64,000 nt of DNA from Planctomycetota bacterium (GTDB lineage Bacteria; Planctomycetota; Brocadiia; JAADGH01): assembly GCA_040755855.1 (NCBI GenBank), contig JBFMAD010000001.1, positions 224,001-288,000 of the forward strand, in the 5' to 3' direction. The position numbers were made by a program, and so were the translations under genes. Below the pieces are notes generated by a model. The model saw only the letters and a program-made list of their open reading frames with translations, made no database searches and was not told the origin of the DNA. The first letter of the stretch is position 1, and each line of letters begins with the position of its first letter. Positions 9,495-18,909 of the stretch are shown piece by piece.

Positions 9495-12400
9495 ATGTCG
9501 CGTAGAATTCACAGAACGCTTCTCATCGAAGAACTGGAGTCCCGCGTTTCTCCCGCTGTGCTGACCAGCGGCCAAAGCGTAAGCTTTACGGACGGCGACA
9601 ACGATGTGGTGCGCCTCCTGTTCACCGGCGACGGGACTGCGACGGTCACGTGGGCCATCGGCGGCGCCAACCCCGTGCTGAACGACGAGGTCCAGACCGT
9701 GGTGCTTGCCGGCACAACCATCCGATCCGGCTACACAGCCACCATTGTGACCAGGGGCTCCGCCACTCCCACCCTCACAGGCGGGGCGATCACCTCCGGC
9801 GCAAATCCCATGGGCAGAATCTCCATGACCGCCACGGGGGGCACGGTGGTGAACACGGACATCGCCATCGGCGGCGACGCCACCATGATCATGATGACGG
9901 GAATTCTGGACAACTCCGCCAACGTGGGATGGGGCGTCACTGTCGGCGGCACGACCGGCAGCATCATGCTCAGGAACGGCATGAACGAGGCGGCGATCAA
10001 TGTGGGCAACACCAGGATGATTCAAATTCTCGGAAACGTTATAACGGCGAATGCCATTACGCCGATTACCACCAACAACATTGACAATCTGATAATCAAG
10101 GGACTCGTCAGCAATTTTGACGGCGGGGCCGTCGGTGTTCCCCTGATTGACATCAACGGAAACGCCGGCATCGTGCAGTTGCTGGGTGGAACAAGAACAT
10201 GGTCGGTCCTGGGGGCGGACATTGACATCGAGGGAAACTGCAGGTTACTGGATTTAAGAAGATACGCACTTGCGACAGATATTGAGATCGGCGGTTTGAC
10301 TCCTGCGGACCGGGCCAGTCGGATCACCATCTGGCGAGAGTTTGCCGACTGGGAAACGGGCGCTGTTTCCAGCAGTCTCACCGTGAACGGCACAACAGGC
10401 GCCCTCACCTTCAAGACCGATCCGGCCGCCATCGGGCTGTATCGCACCAACGTGACGTTGAACGGCAACGTGGACTCCATCTCCCTCTTTAGCCGCATTC
10501 AGGACTCAACAATCACAGTAAACGGCGACTTGGGAACGGTACGGCGGGGAGCAGTCACCAGCGGATCCGCCGAGCAAAACACGTCCCTTTTCTTCACCAT
10601 GACGGTGAACGGCAATCTCCTCCGCGGCGGGGATTTGCCGTACCTTTTCGGCACCGGATCGAGTTTCACCGTGAATGGGAATGTGCAAGCCGGCAACCTT
10701 AGAATATACCGGATTGACGGCGCAACGGTAAACGTAACGGGGAACGTTTCAAGCCTGGCTATTTATAGCACGGCAAAGACCGCCGACGTCACCATCGGCG
10801 GTAATGTGACTGGCTGGATCATGGCGGTGGCGGGACTTGATAGCGTTAACTTCACCGTCGGCGGGGCGCCCGGAACCGGATTTCTTTCCCGTTTCACAGT
10901 CTTAGGAAGCATGAAATCCTCCAGTTTGACGACAACCGATACGGTGGATAACATCAACATCCTCGGTTCCCTTGAGAGCACCCTGCTGAGCATCGGAAAC
11001 GACCTCAATCGGCTTCTCATTACGGGGAGCATGACCTCCTCCGGCATCAACGTGACGAATAACGCCCGGCGGATTGCCATCCTCGGAAGCCTCGAAGGCA
11101 TCTACCCGGGGCTCGGCGCCTATGACGCCATGTTCTACGACGGAGGAACCGGCGTCGAGACCAATTGGAGCTCCACCGCCCTCCCCATCACCGAGAATCG
11201 AACCTCCATCTTTGTTGACAGCTCCGGGAACGAATACATGGTCTTCCAGCGGCGCGAGGCGACGAACGAGGACTGGGAAATCTGGTATGAGATCAACGAC
11301 GGAGGACCGATTCGCCTGACGAACAACGACCGCGACGACATCTTCCCAAGCATTTATGTTGACGACAGCGGTGGCCCGGGCTTTGAGGTTATCCATATCA
11401 TTTGGCAGTGGCAGCAGGATACCGATCCCGGCGACTGGGAAATCGTCTACTGGAACAGCAACCTTCCGTATGCGCTGCCTCTTACCAACCTCGACAACGC
11501 CTCCCTCGTCGCCGTAAGCACGGCCCTCGGCACGGGAAACGACGTGGAGGATCGCTACCCAATGATTGACCAGTCCAGCACGCCGACGAGCATCGGCTTC
11601 ACCTGGCAGCAGGAAGACGCGACCTCTGGCGACACCTTCTACATCTGTTACTCCACCATCAATCCGACCCTGCCCGCCTGGCCCCTGCCGGTAACCCAGG
11701 TCCTCAACGCGGCAAGCGGGATTGAGGGAGAGACGCCCGCCATCAACGGCGGCAGGATCGCCTATGTCCTGAACGATGGGGAGGATTATGAGGTGTATTA
11801 CTGGAGGAGCGGGGCCATTACGCAGGTTACCAATAATGCCGTGGATGACCTGAACCCTGCCATCTATTGGAACCCGCTTGCGTTGCCGGTGCAAAGCGCC
11901 TATATCGCGTGGGAGCAGTATGAGGATACAGATCATGATCCTGCGCCGCAACCCTACATCAGCGGCGGCGAGGAGATCGAAGGCAGCCCTGAAATCATGT
12001 TCTGGAACAGCGGCACGGGCGTGACCAGCGCAGTGACCAACAGCCCCGCCGATGAGTACAACCTTGAGCCGTCCGTCTGGGTGGACCCGAACACCTTCAC
12101 GGCGGGGGTGGCTTACCAGCACCGACACGCCGTCGGCGATTCATACAACTACGACATCTACTACTGGGTTGATGGCGTGCCGGGCGTTGACCAGATCACC
12201 ACCAACCTCTCCGACGACATCACGCCGTGGCTTTTTTCCGACGGTGTAGACTTCTTCATCGGCTTCTCGTGGTACGACGGCATACCCGCCCCCACCCTGA
12301 CCGTGGGAATTGACCTGGACTATATGAGCGTCGGCGGTGACATGACGAACGTTGACTGCGCCGTGGGCAACGATCTGGATCAGTTGAGGGTGGGCGGCGC

Positions 12401-12851
12401 TCTGTCGGACGAGGACGCTGCTTTCGACTGGATCATAGGCAACAACGCCCGCTACATCCACCTGGGCTACGCGAAGGGAACGGCGGGCAACTGGACCGAC
12501 CAGTTCTCCATGCAAATCGTCAACAATCTCACCGAGAGGGTGTACCTCACAGGCACCTTTGCGAAGGACACCAGCGACATCCATCAACCCGATCCACTGG
12601 CCCCCATTACGGACTATCCATATCTCCTCATCACCGGCACGGCCGCAGGAAGCCTGATCTATGCCGGAAGAGACATGGCCGGCTATATGGTTGTCGGGGG
12701 GCGATTCGGCGACGCTACAGTCGGACGAATATTCAACGGCCAACTCCTCGCCGGGGCGATGGGCATCGGCAACACGTTCAAGGCCTTCGACTCGCCCGAA
12801 GGACTCATTCTGCCCGGCAACGCCTTCCAGAACTACAAGGGATATCCGTAA
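9495..12851 (+). CDS. Large secreted protein with LEPR-XLL/planctomycete-type export motif, beta-solenoid repeats and an inserted beta-propeller-like domain
   Basis: N-terminus LLIEELESRVSPA; Thr/Gly/Asn/Val-rich ~21-aa repeats (xTVNGN/VGG); central repeats such as DWEIWY, DYEVYYW..TQVTNN..DDLNPAI, YDIYYW; GGGGAG RBS. Confidence 0.75.
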   Translation: MSRRIHRTLLIEELESRVSPAVLTSGQSVSFTDGDNDVVRLLFTGDGTATVTWAIGGANPVLNDEVQTVVLAGTTIRSGYTATIVTRGSATPTLTGGAITSGANPMGRISMTATGGTVVNTDIAIGGDATMIMMTGILDNSANVGWGVTVGGTTGSIMLRNGMNEAAINVGNTRMIQILGNVITANAITPITTNNIDNLIIKGLVSNFDGGAVGVPLIDINGNAGIVQLLGGTRTWSVLGADIDIEGNCRLLDLRRYALATDIEIGGLTPADRASRITIWREFADWETGAVSSSLTVNGTTGALTFKTDPAAIGLYRTNVTLNGNVDSISLFSRIQDSTITVNGDLGTVRRGAVTSGSAEQNTSLFFTMTVNGNLLRGGDLPYLFGTGSSFTVNGNVQAGNLRIYRIDGATVNVTGNVSSLAIYSTAKTADVTIGGNVTGWIMAVAGLDSVNFTVGGAPGTGFLSRFTVLGSMKSSSLTTTDTVDNINILGSLESTLLSIGNDLNRLLITGSMTSSGINVTNNARRIAILGSLEGIYPGLGAYDAMFYDGGTGVETNWSSTALPITENRTSIFVDSSGNEYMVFQRREATNEDWEIWYEINDGGPIRLTNNDRDDIFPSIYVDDSGGPGFEVIHIIWQWQQDTDPGDWEIVYWNSNLPYALPLTNLDNASLVAVSTALGTGNDVEDRYPMIDQSSTPTSIGFTWQQEDATSGDTFYICYSTINPTLPAWPLPVTQVLNAASGIEGETPAINGGRIAYVLNDGEDYEVYYWRSGAITQVTNNAVDDLNPAIYWNPLALPVQSAYIAWEQYEDTDHDPAPQPYISGGEEIEGSPEIMFWNSGTGVTSAVTNSPADEYNLEPSVWVDPNTFTAGVAYQHRHAVGDSYNYDIYYWVDGVPGVDQITTNLSDDITPWLFSDGVDFFIGFSWYDGIPAPTLTVGIDLDYMSVGGDMTNVDCAVGNDLDQLRVGGALSDEDAAFDWIIGNNARYIHLGYAKGTAGNWTDQFSMQIVNNLTERVYLTGTFAKDTSDIHQPDPLAPITDYPYLLITGTAAGSLIYAGRDMAGYMVVGGRFGDATVGRIFNGQLLAGAMGIGNTFKAFDSPEGLILPGNAFQNYKGYP

Positions 12852-12889
12852 TCCGACCATCCGCGCCGCCGAAAAACGAATTTCCTTCC

Positions 12890-12919
12890 AGCGCCCGCCC
12901 TATGGCGGGCGCTTTCTTT
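12890..12919 (+). terminator. Rho-independent terminator
   Basis: AGCGCCCGCC-CTAT-GGCGGGCGCT followed by TTCTTT. Confidence 0.8.
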
Positions 12920-12936
12920 ATTGGGCGCAAGATGTC

Positions 12937-12966
12937 TTGAAAAACCCCTCCCTGTGCGGTTACAAT
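12937..12966 (+). promoter_or_regulatory. Sigma70-type promoter for P-II/gdhA
   Basis: TTGAAA (12937-12942), 18 nt, TACAAT (12961-12966). Confidence 0.5.
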
Positions 12967-13010
12967 TCGGCTCAGATTCCACATCCTTATCCTTGTGCGA
13001 GAGGTGCGGC

Positions 13011-13352
13011 ATGCTGAAAAAAATCGAATGTTTTATGAATCCTTCGGCATTGGATGCGCTAAAGGACGACCTGATCGCCGCGGGCGTGGAGGGGATGAGC
13101 GTGCTCGACGCCAGCGGCTTCGGGCGACAGCGCGGCCACCTGGCGGACGAGGAGCCGGCGGAGGACATAAGATTCCTCAAAAAACTCAAGCTGGAGATCG
13201 TGGTGGACGAGGAGATGGTGGACGACGTCGTCACCATCCTCCGCAAACTGGCCAAGGACAGGACCATCGGCGCGGGCAAAATTTTCGTCATCCCCGTTGA
13301 AGACGCCGTCCGCATCAGCACGGCGGAATCGGGCAAACGAGCCATCCATTAG
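13011..13352 (+). CDS. glnB: P-II family nitrogen regulatory protein (atypical T-loop)
   Basis: GFGRQRG, FLKKLKLEIVV, IGAGKIFVIPVEDAVRI; start ATG 13011 after GAGAGG. Confidence 0.9.
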   Translation: MLKKIECFMNPSALDALKDDLIAAGVEGMSVLDASGFGRQRGHLADEEPAEDIRFLKKLKLEIVVDEEMVDDVVTILRKLAKDRTIGAGKIFVIPVEDAVRISTAESGKRAIH

Positions 13353-13371
13353 CGATTGCAGGGAGAACGCA

Positions 13372-14625
13372 ATGTCAAACGCAGAATACAATCCGTGGGA
13401 CATGGCGCGAGCGCAACTCAAGGAGGCGGCCGAGAATCTGGACCTCAGCCCGGACCTCCACCGCATCCTCTCCAACTGTCGGCGCTCGCTCATCGTGTCG
13501 CTGCCCGTGAAGATGAGCGACGGAACCATCCAGGTCTTCCAGGGCTTTCGCGTCCAGCACAATCTCGCCCGAGGGCCGGGGAAGGGCGGCATCCGTTACC
13601 ATCCCGATGTGACCCTCGACGAAGTCAAGGCCCTCGCCATGTGGATGACATGGAAGTGCGCCGTGGTGGGCGTGCCATACGGTGGGGCCAAGGGCGGCAT
13701 CATATGCGACCCGGACAACTTGAAGCCCATCGAGCTTGAGCGCCTGACGCGCCGATTCACCTTCGAGTTGATCCCCCTCATCGGCCCCGAGCGGGATATC
13801 CCCGCCCCCGACATCAACACCGACGAGCAGGTGATGGCCTGGATCATGGACACCTACAGCATAGACCAGGGATACAGCGTGCCCGGCGTCGTCACCGGCA
13901 AGCCGATCAGCATCGGCGGCTCCCATGGCCGGACAGACGCCACCGGACGGGGCTGCGTCTTCGTCATCCTGAGCGCGGCAAAGCACCTGGGGCTGGTCCC
14001 CGATAAGACGCGCGTGGCGATTCAGGGGTTTGGGAAGGTGGGGTCTTCGGCCGCGCGGGTGCTGGTCCGCGAAGGCTGCAAGGTGATCGCCGTAAGCGAC
14101 AAATTCGGCGGCATCCACAATCCGAACGGCATCGAGCCGGACGAAATCAAGGAGCATCTGCAGACAAGCCACACCGTGTCGGACTTCCCGGGCGCAGAAC
14201 GAATCTCCAATGCGGACCTCCTCGAGATGGACTGCGACGTCCTCGTCCCGGCGGCGTTGGAGAACCAGATCACCGAGGCGAACGCGGAGCGAATCAAGGC
14301 AAGGGTGATCGCCGAGGCCGCCAACGGCCCGACGACGCTCGCCGCCGACAAAATCCTCGAGCAAAAGGGCGTGTGGGTGATCCCCGACATCCTGGCCAAT
14401 GCCGGCGGGGTGACCGTCTCCTACTTCGAGTGGGTGCAGGGACTGCAGGCCTACTTCTGGAGCGAGCGGGAGGTCAACCTCAAACTGCGCGACATCATGG
14501 AGCGGGCCTACGCGGCGGTGTACAAAATTGCGTCGGAGAACAGCGTCACCATGCGCCAGGCCGCCATGATGCTGGCCGTCCGCCGCGTCGCCGGCGCCAC
14601 GCAGACGAGGGGCATCTATCCGTAG
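13372..14625 (+). CDS. gdhA: Glutamate dehydrogenase (Glu/Leu/Phe/Val DH family)
   Basis: GPGKGGIRYHP, PYGGAKGG, DIPAPD, VVTGKP, IQGFGKVG, EAANGP, ANAGGVTVSYFEWVQ; start ATG 13372 after GGGAGA. Confidence 0.95.
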   Translation: MSNAEYNPWDMARAQLKEAAENLDLSPDLHRILSNCRRSLIVSLPVKMSDGTIQVFQGFRVQHNLARGPGKGGIRYHPDVTLDEVKALAMWMTWKCAVVGVPYGGAKGGIICDPDNLKPIELERLTRRFTFELIPLIGPERDIPAPDINTDEQVMAWIMDTYSIDQGYSVPGVVTGKPISIGGSHGRTDATGRGCVFVILSAAKHLGLVPDKTRVAIQGFGKVGSSAARVLVREGCKVIAVSDKFGGIHNPNGIEPDEIKEHLQTSHTVSDFPGAERISNADLLEMDCDVLVPAALENQITEANAERIKARVIAEAANGPTTLAADKILEQKGVWVIPDILANAGGVTVSYFEWVQGLQAYFWSEREVNLKLRDIMERAYAAVYKIASENSVTMRQAAMMLAVRRVAGATQTRGIYP

Positions 14626-14669
14626 AATCCTACTCCGGGACTTGCCACCTTTTTGCGCACAGACCGGGC

Positions 14670-14841
14670 AGGGAAAAATTCAAGTTGGGCACACTTTATT
14701 GAATCGCCCGGCCTTGGGGGCGATTCAATAAATCTTCGTCTCCGGCCAAGATACGCGCGGCGGGTCAGGGAAAAGAGAGGAAGAAAACAAAACCCCAAGG
14801 CGGGTTTTGTTTTCTTATGTGCCCAACTTGAATTTTTCCCT
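14670..14841. mobile_element. 172-bp MITE-like symmetric element (24-bp terminal inverted repeats, two internal hairpins)
   Basis: AGGGAAAAATTCAAGTTGGGCACA (14670-14693) and its perfect reverse complement (14818-14841); 15-bp-stem hairpins at 14695-14732 and 14781-14816. The structure is certain; mobility is inferred and no TSD is seen. Confidence 0.6.
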
Positions 14842-14873
14842 TGGGTTGCGGGCGAAGCCTGCGTTAGGAAAAT

Positions 14874-17222
14874 TTATGCCCCCAGACACCACCTTGCCGT
14901 GTCCCGGACATGGGCGTCGCTGTCGTTGATGAGCGACTGCAGCACCGACGCCACCTCCGGCTGGTTCCTGAACCGCGCCAGCGCGGCCGTTGCCGCACAG
15001 CGCACCTCCGACGCAAAACCCTTGCTCCGCAGACGCTCCAGCAAACCCGGTCTTTTCGCCACCTGCATCAAACATTGAACGGCGGCCATATCGCCGACCA
15101 CACCCAGCGCTCGGCAGGCCGCCTGTTTGATCTGCTCCGTTTGCTCATGCGAAAGCCCCGGCGCGCCCCGCACAAGTTCCATAAGCACCGGCGTGGCCCT
15201 CTCGCTGGGGGAATCCTCAAGCACCCGGATCGCCTCTGTCGCCACATAGGGGTTGCTGTCGCGCATTGCCTGGCAGACCAGATCCATCGTCCTCTCCCCG
15301 CTCATGTGGCTGAGCGCTCGGACCACCGCCAGGCGGCCCTCCGGATTGGCCCGATGCAGCATGGCCTCCAGGGCCTTCAACACTTCTTCCTCCTGTCCCA
15401 CGCGCGTAGCCACCTCCAGCAGGCGACCGGCCGCTTCCGTGTTGCTCTCCCGCTCCACCTCGGCCATCAGACGCCTCACGGCCTCCGCGCCGATCGTCCG
15501 GATCACGTCGGCCAGCATGAAACGGTGCGCACGGTCTCCTGTTTCCTTCAGGTCCATCAGGATCGCAGGCATCCCCTCGGCGCCGAGTTTCACCAAAATG
15601 TCCCGGGCCGCATGGCTGGCGTCTTTCTGGTCCGAAAACAGCTCGGCAATAAACAGCCCCACAATCTCCCGGTCGGCAAGCCGGGCCAGTATGCCCTTCG
15701 CCTCCTCGGCCCGCTGCTGAAATCCGCGCCCCACCTCCCGCGTGTGCCGGCGAAGCAGGGTCGCGGCGTGCACTGCCTGCTTGTAATCGTGCTCGATGAT
15801 GGCCCGGTTCAGGATGTTGTGAAAGAGGCGACCGGCTTCCGCATACACGCGATGGTTAGTTTCTTTATCCATCATCTCCGTCACCGTCGCGTCCAGCACC
15901 TTCACCAAGTCCCTGTCATTGATGGACTCGAGGGCATCCTGCAGTTCCGCGATCCGCCGCACGGCCTTCAGCCGCACGTTGTCATCCGGGCTGCGAAGCG
16001 CCTGGATCAACTGGGCCAGCAGGCGCGTCATCACCTGGGCCTGCTCCCCCATGTCCAAATCCCGGATCATGGCATCCACGCTTTCCCGATGGTCGTCGCG
16101 AAGGATGAAGAGGGGATCTTTTGCGAGCATATCCTCGATCATTGCGGCCGCCGCCGAGAGGCGCTCCGCAGTCTGCGGCTTTCCCTCGGCGAGAGCGGCA
16201 GTCAGAGCATCGCCCTTCAGCATCTCCTCAAGCGGCGACGTAGATGTGCCCCGTTGCTCGCACAGCGTGATAATCCGATCCACAAACGCCCTCATCGCGC
16301 CGAGCTCCTGCGCGGCGGCGTCCGCCTTGCCCGCCTTGCCCTCATCGCGACGAAGATCGTTGTAGAGCCGGATGAAGTTATCCACGATCTCCCTGACGTC
16401 CTCGCCGGAGAGCCCGGCAATTTGCGCTCGCGCCTCCCCTTTGCCCCCCGCGCGGCGAAACTCCGGGTCCCCCATCAGCTTCGGCAGCAGGTCCGGGTCC
16501 AACTGGATAATTCGCTTCGCTATCTCCAGGTGGACATCGCCGCGAACGGTATCATCCTCGATTTCCACCACCATTTTCATAACGTCATTAAGGGCCTTCA
16601 GAACCTTCTCGCGCGCCACGCCATCCTCCCCCAGCACAGGCCCCCCCTTTTCGACGACAAACACCGCGTCGCTCTCCTCCACCGCCACGTACACCTGCTC
16701 GTTCAGGAGGATGTGCGTGACGCCCTTCGATCTCAGCTCCTCAGCCACCTGGCGAACGCTCTCCTTCGTCCATTTTCTTCTGCTGAATCCATCGAGGAAT
16801 ATTCCCAATTCCTCTGTGGCGAGTCCCTGTACGAACGTCATGGAGCTTATGGCCGAGTCGGTAAGCACTTTGGCGAATCGTTGGACAGCCCCAGCGGCTC
16901 GGTCGTCCACCGGGCGGAAAAGAACCCCATTGACGAGGAATTTGCCGTCCTTCACCCCAAAGGCCATTGACTCCTTCCCCGCCAACAACCGGGAAACCGG
17001 CTCAAAGACGGACCCCGCCGCCCGAAGGGCCTGTGGGCTGCCCTCGGGGTAGAGGCGGATATTCTGGAGGGCCACCCGCATCTGCTGGAGGGTATCCGAG
17101 ACCAGTCGGTTTGTTTCCTCATCCATGCCCCCCTGGGCTGGCGCCTCCACCGGCCGGCCGGCCGGTGCGGTTGGCGACTCAGGAGGGCGAGATTCTGCGG
17201 CCTGCTCTTTAGCGTCAGACAT
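14874..17222 (-). CDS. HEAT-repeat protein with N-terminal 'LYPxxxP' domain
   Basis: ALQNIRLYPEGSP; C-terminal HEAT repeats (DSNPYVATEAIRVL, EVRCAATAALARF, DSDAHVRDTA). Likely start ATG 17222 after GAGGAG; the track starts at 17246. Confidence 0.8.
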   Translation of the reverse strand: MSDAKEQAAESRPPESPTAPAGRPVEAPAQGGMDEETNRLVSDTLQQMRVALQNIRLYPEGSPQALRAAGSVFEPVSRLLAGKESMAFGVKDGKFLVNGVLFRPVDDRAAGAVQRFAKVLTDSAISSMTFVQGLATEELGIFLDGFSRRKWTKESVRQVAEELRSKGVTHILLNEQVYVAVEESDAVFVVEKGGPVLGEDGVAREKVLKALNDVMKMVVEIEDDTVRGDVHLEIAKRIIQLDPDLLPKLMGDPEFRRAGGKGEARAQIAGLSGEDVREIVDNFIRLYNDLRRDEGKAGKADAAAQELGAMRAFVDRIITLCEQRGTSTSPLEEMLKGDALTAALAEGKPQTAERLSAAAAMIEDMLAKDPLFILRDDHRESVDAMIRDLDMGEQAQVMTRLLAQLIQALRSPDDNVRLKAVRRIAELQDALESINDRDLVKVLDATVTEMMDKETNHRVYAEAGRLFHNILNRAIIEHDYKQAVHAATLLRRHTREVGRGFQQRAEEAKGILARLADREIVGLFIAELFSDQKDASHAARDILVKLGAEGMPAILMDLKETGDRAHRFMLADVIRTIGAEAVRRLMAEVERESNTEAAGRLLEVATRVGQEEEVLKALEAMLHRANPEGRLAVVRALSHMSGERTMDLVCQAMRDSNPYVATEAIRVLEDSPSERATPVLMELVRGAPGLSHEQTEQIKQAACRALGVVGDMAAVQCLMQVAKRPGLLERLRSKGFASEVRCAATAALARFRNQPEVASVLQSLINDSDAHVRDTARWCLGA

Positions 17223-17271
17223 CGGCACGCTCCTCATGGCAACCATTGGGCCTTATGCGTCGTGCGTCGTA

Positions 17272-17300
17272 AGTATAACATATTTTTGCCGTTTCGTCAA
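17272..17300 (-). promoter_or_regulatory. Sigma70-type promoter for the HEAT-repeat gene
   Basis: Minus strand TTGACG (17300-17295), 17 nt, TATACT (17277-17272). Confidence 0.6.
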
Positions 17301-17383
17301 AAATTATGCCAAGAGATTCCTGTTTTACGAAGGAATTTCGCCCATTTGGGCGGATTTAACCGCAAAAAAAAAGCAAATAATTC

Positions 17384-17411
17384 TTGCATCCCCCGATGAA
17401 TCGCATATAAT
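17384..17411 (+). promoter_or_regulatory. Sigma70-type promoter for the purF-carA-pyrG-guaA-carB operon
   Basis: TTGCAT (17384-17389), 16 nt, TATAAT (17406-17411), with an A-rich UP-like tract upstream. Confidence 0.6.
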
Positions 17412-17523
17412 GGATTTTGGGCGCGCTTGAGAAACTCGCGCTCTCCCCCCTTTGACCGTTATGGGTCCTTTGGCTTAACCAAGCACGGTAGGAATCCAGC
17501 CGATTCCTGTGTGTTCACACGCT

Positions 17524-18909
17524 ATGAACAAGAGAGAGTATTGCGGTATTTTTGGCGTATGGGGGGCCGCCGACGCCGCCGTCAAGACCTACTACGGCCT
17601 CTACGCCCTTCAGCACCGCGGACAGGAAAGCGCCGGCATCGTCGTCTCCGACGGCAAGCAGGTGGTCAGCCGAAAAGGACTGGGCCTCCTCAACGAGGCC
17701 GTCTCGCGCGACGAGCTCGAAAGCCTGAAGGGGCACCTCGCCGTGGGCCATGTCCGCTACTCGACCACCGGCTCGAAGCGCGTGCAGAACATCCAGCCGC
17801 TTGTCATCGAATACTCCCAGGGCCTCATCGCCGTGGCCCACAACGGCAACCTCGTCAATGCCCGAACCCTCCGCGCCGAATATGAGGCGCGAGGCTCCAT
17901 CTTCCAGACAAGCACCGACAGCGAGGTGATCGTCCACCTCCTGGCCGACCCAGACCACGTCTACCGCCCCGACCGGATCGGCCACTGTCTGAACCATCTG
18001 AAGGGGGCGTACTCCTTCCTGCTGATGACACCCACCCAGATGATCGCCGCCCGCGACCCGCTCGGCTTTCGTCCCCTCTGTATCGGGAAGATCGGCGACG
18101 CCCATGTGGTGGCCAGCGAGACGTGCGCCTTCGACCTCCTCGGCGCGCAGTACCTCGGCGAGGTGGACGCGGGCGAACTGGTAACGATCGATGAGAACGG
18201 ACTGCGCGCCGAGCGCTTCGCCCATTCGGGCAAGCGGTCCCAGTGCGTCTTCGAGCACATCTATTTCGCACGGCCCGACAGCTTCATCTTCGGCGTGAAT
18301 GTCCACACCGTGCGGATGAACCTCGGACGGAACCTGGCCATCGAGCACCCCGCCGACGCGGACGCCGTCATCGCCATTCCGGACTCCGGCATCTCGGCGG
18401 CGATGGGTTATTCCATCGCGTCGGGCATTCCCCTCGACCGCGGCTTCGTCCGCAACCACTATGTCGGCCGTACGTTCATCATGCCGGAGGGCCGGAGCCA
18501 CGGCGTTGACATCAAGCTCAATGTCGTGCGCCCGGTCGTGCAGGGGAAGCGCATCGTCGTCATTGACGATTCCATCGTCCGGGGCACCACGTCCAAGAAA
18601 CGGCTCAAGATGCTCCGCGACGCCGGCGCGAAGGAAATTCACATGCGCGTCAGTTGTCCCCCCATTCGGCATCCGTGCTTTTACGGCATTGACTTCCCCA
18701 CCAAGACGGAACTCTTCGCGGCCGAGCACAGCGAGGAGGAGATGCGGGATTTTCTGGGGGTTGACTCGCTCAGATACCAGAGCGTTCAGGGCCTGCTCGC
18801 CTCGCTCGGGGAGCAGGCGAACCACTATTGTGTCGCGTGCTTCACCGGCCAGTACCCCGTGCTGCCCGAAGAAAAGATGGAGAAACTGTCCATGGAGACC
18901 CATTCGTGA
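17524..18909 (+). CDS. purF: Amidophosphoribosyltransferase
   Basis: Short propeptide then [38 protein letters not shown] (PRPP-binding), Fe-S Cys residues (QCVFE, PCFYG, CVAC). Confidence 0.97.
   Translation: MNKREYCGIFGVWGAADAAVKTYYGLYALQHRGQESAGIVVSDGKQVVSRKGLGLLNEAVSRDELESLKGHLAVGHVRYSTTGSKRVQNIQPLVIEYSQGLIAVAHNGNLVNARTLRAEYEARGSIFQTSTDSEVIVHLLADPDHVYRPDRIGHCLNHLKGAYSFLLMTPTQMIAARDPLGFRPLCIGKIGDAHVVASETCAFDLLGAQYLGEVDAGELVTIDENGLRAERFAHSGKRSQCVFEHIYFARPDSFIFGVNVHTVRMNLGRNLAIEHPADADAVIAIPDSGISAAMGYSIASGIPLDRGFVRNHYVGRTFIMPEGRSHGVDIKLNVVRPVVQGKRIVVIDDSIVRGTTSKKRLKMLRDAGAKEIHMRVSCPPIRHPCFYGIDFPTKTELFAAEHSEEEMRDFLGVDSLRYQSVQGLLASLGEQANHYCVACFTGQYPVLPEEKMEKLSMETHS

Noticed and set aside
12920..13010. 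Sigma54 promoter for P-II/gdhA
   Set aside because: No TGGCAC-N5-TTGC motif; only a sigma70-like pair is seen.
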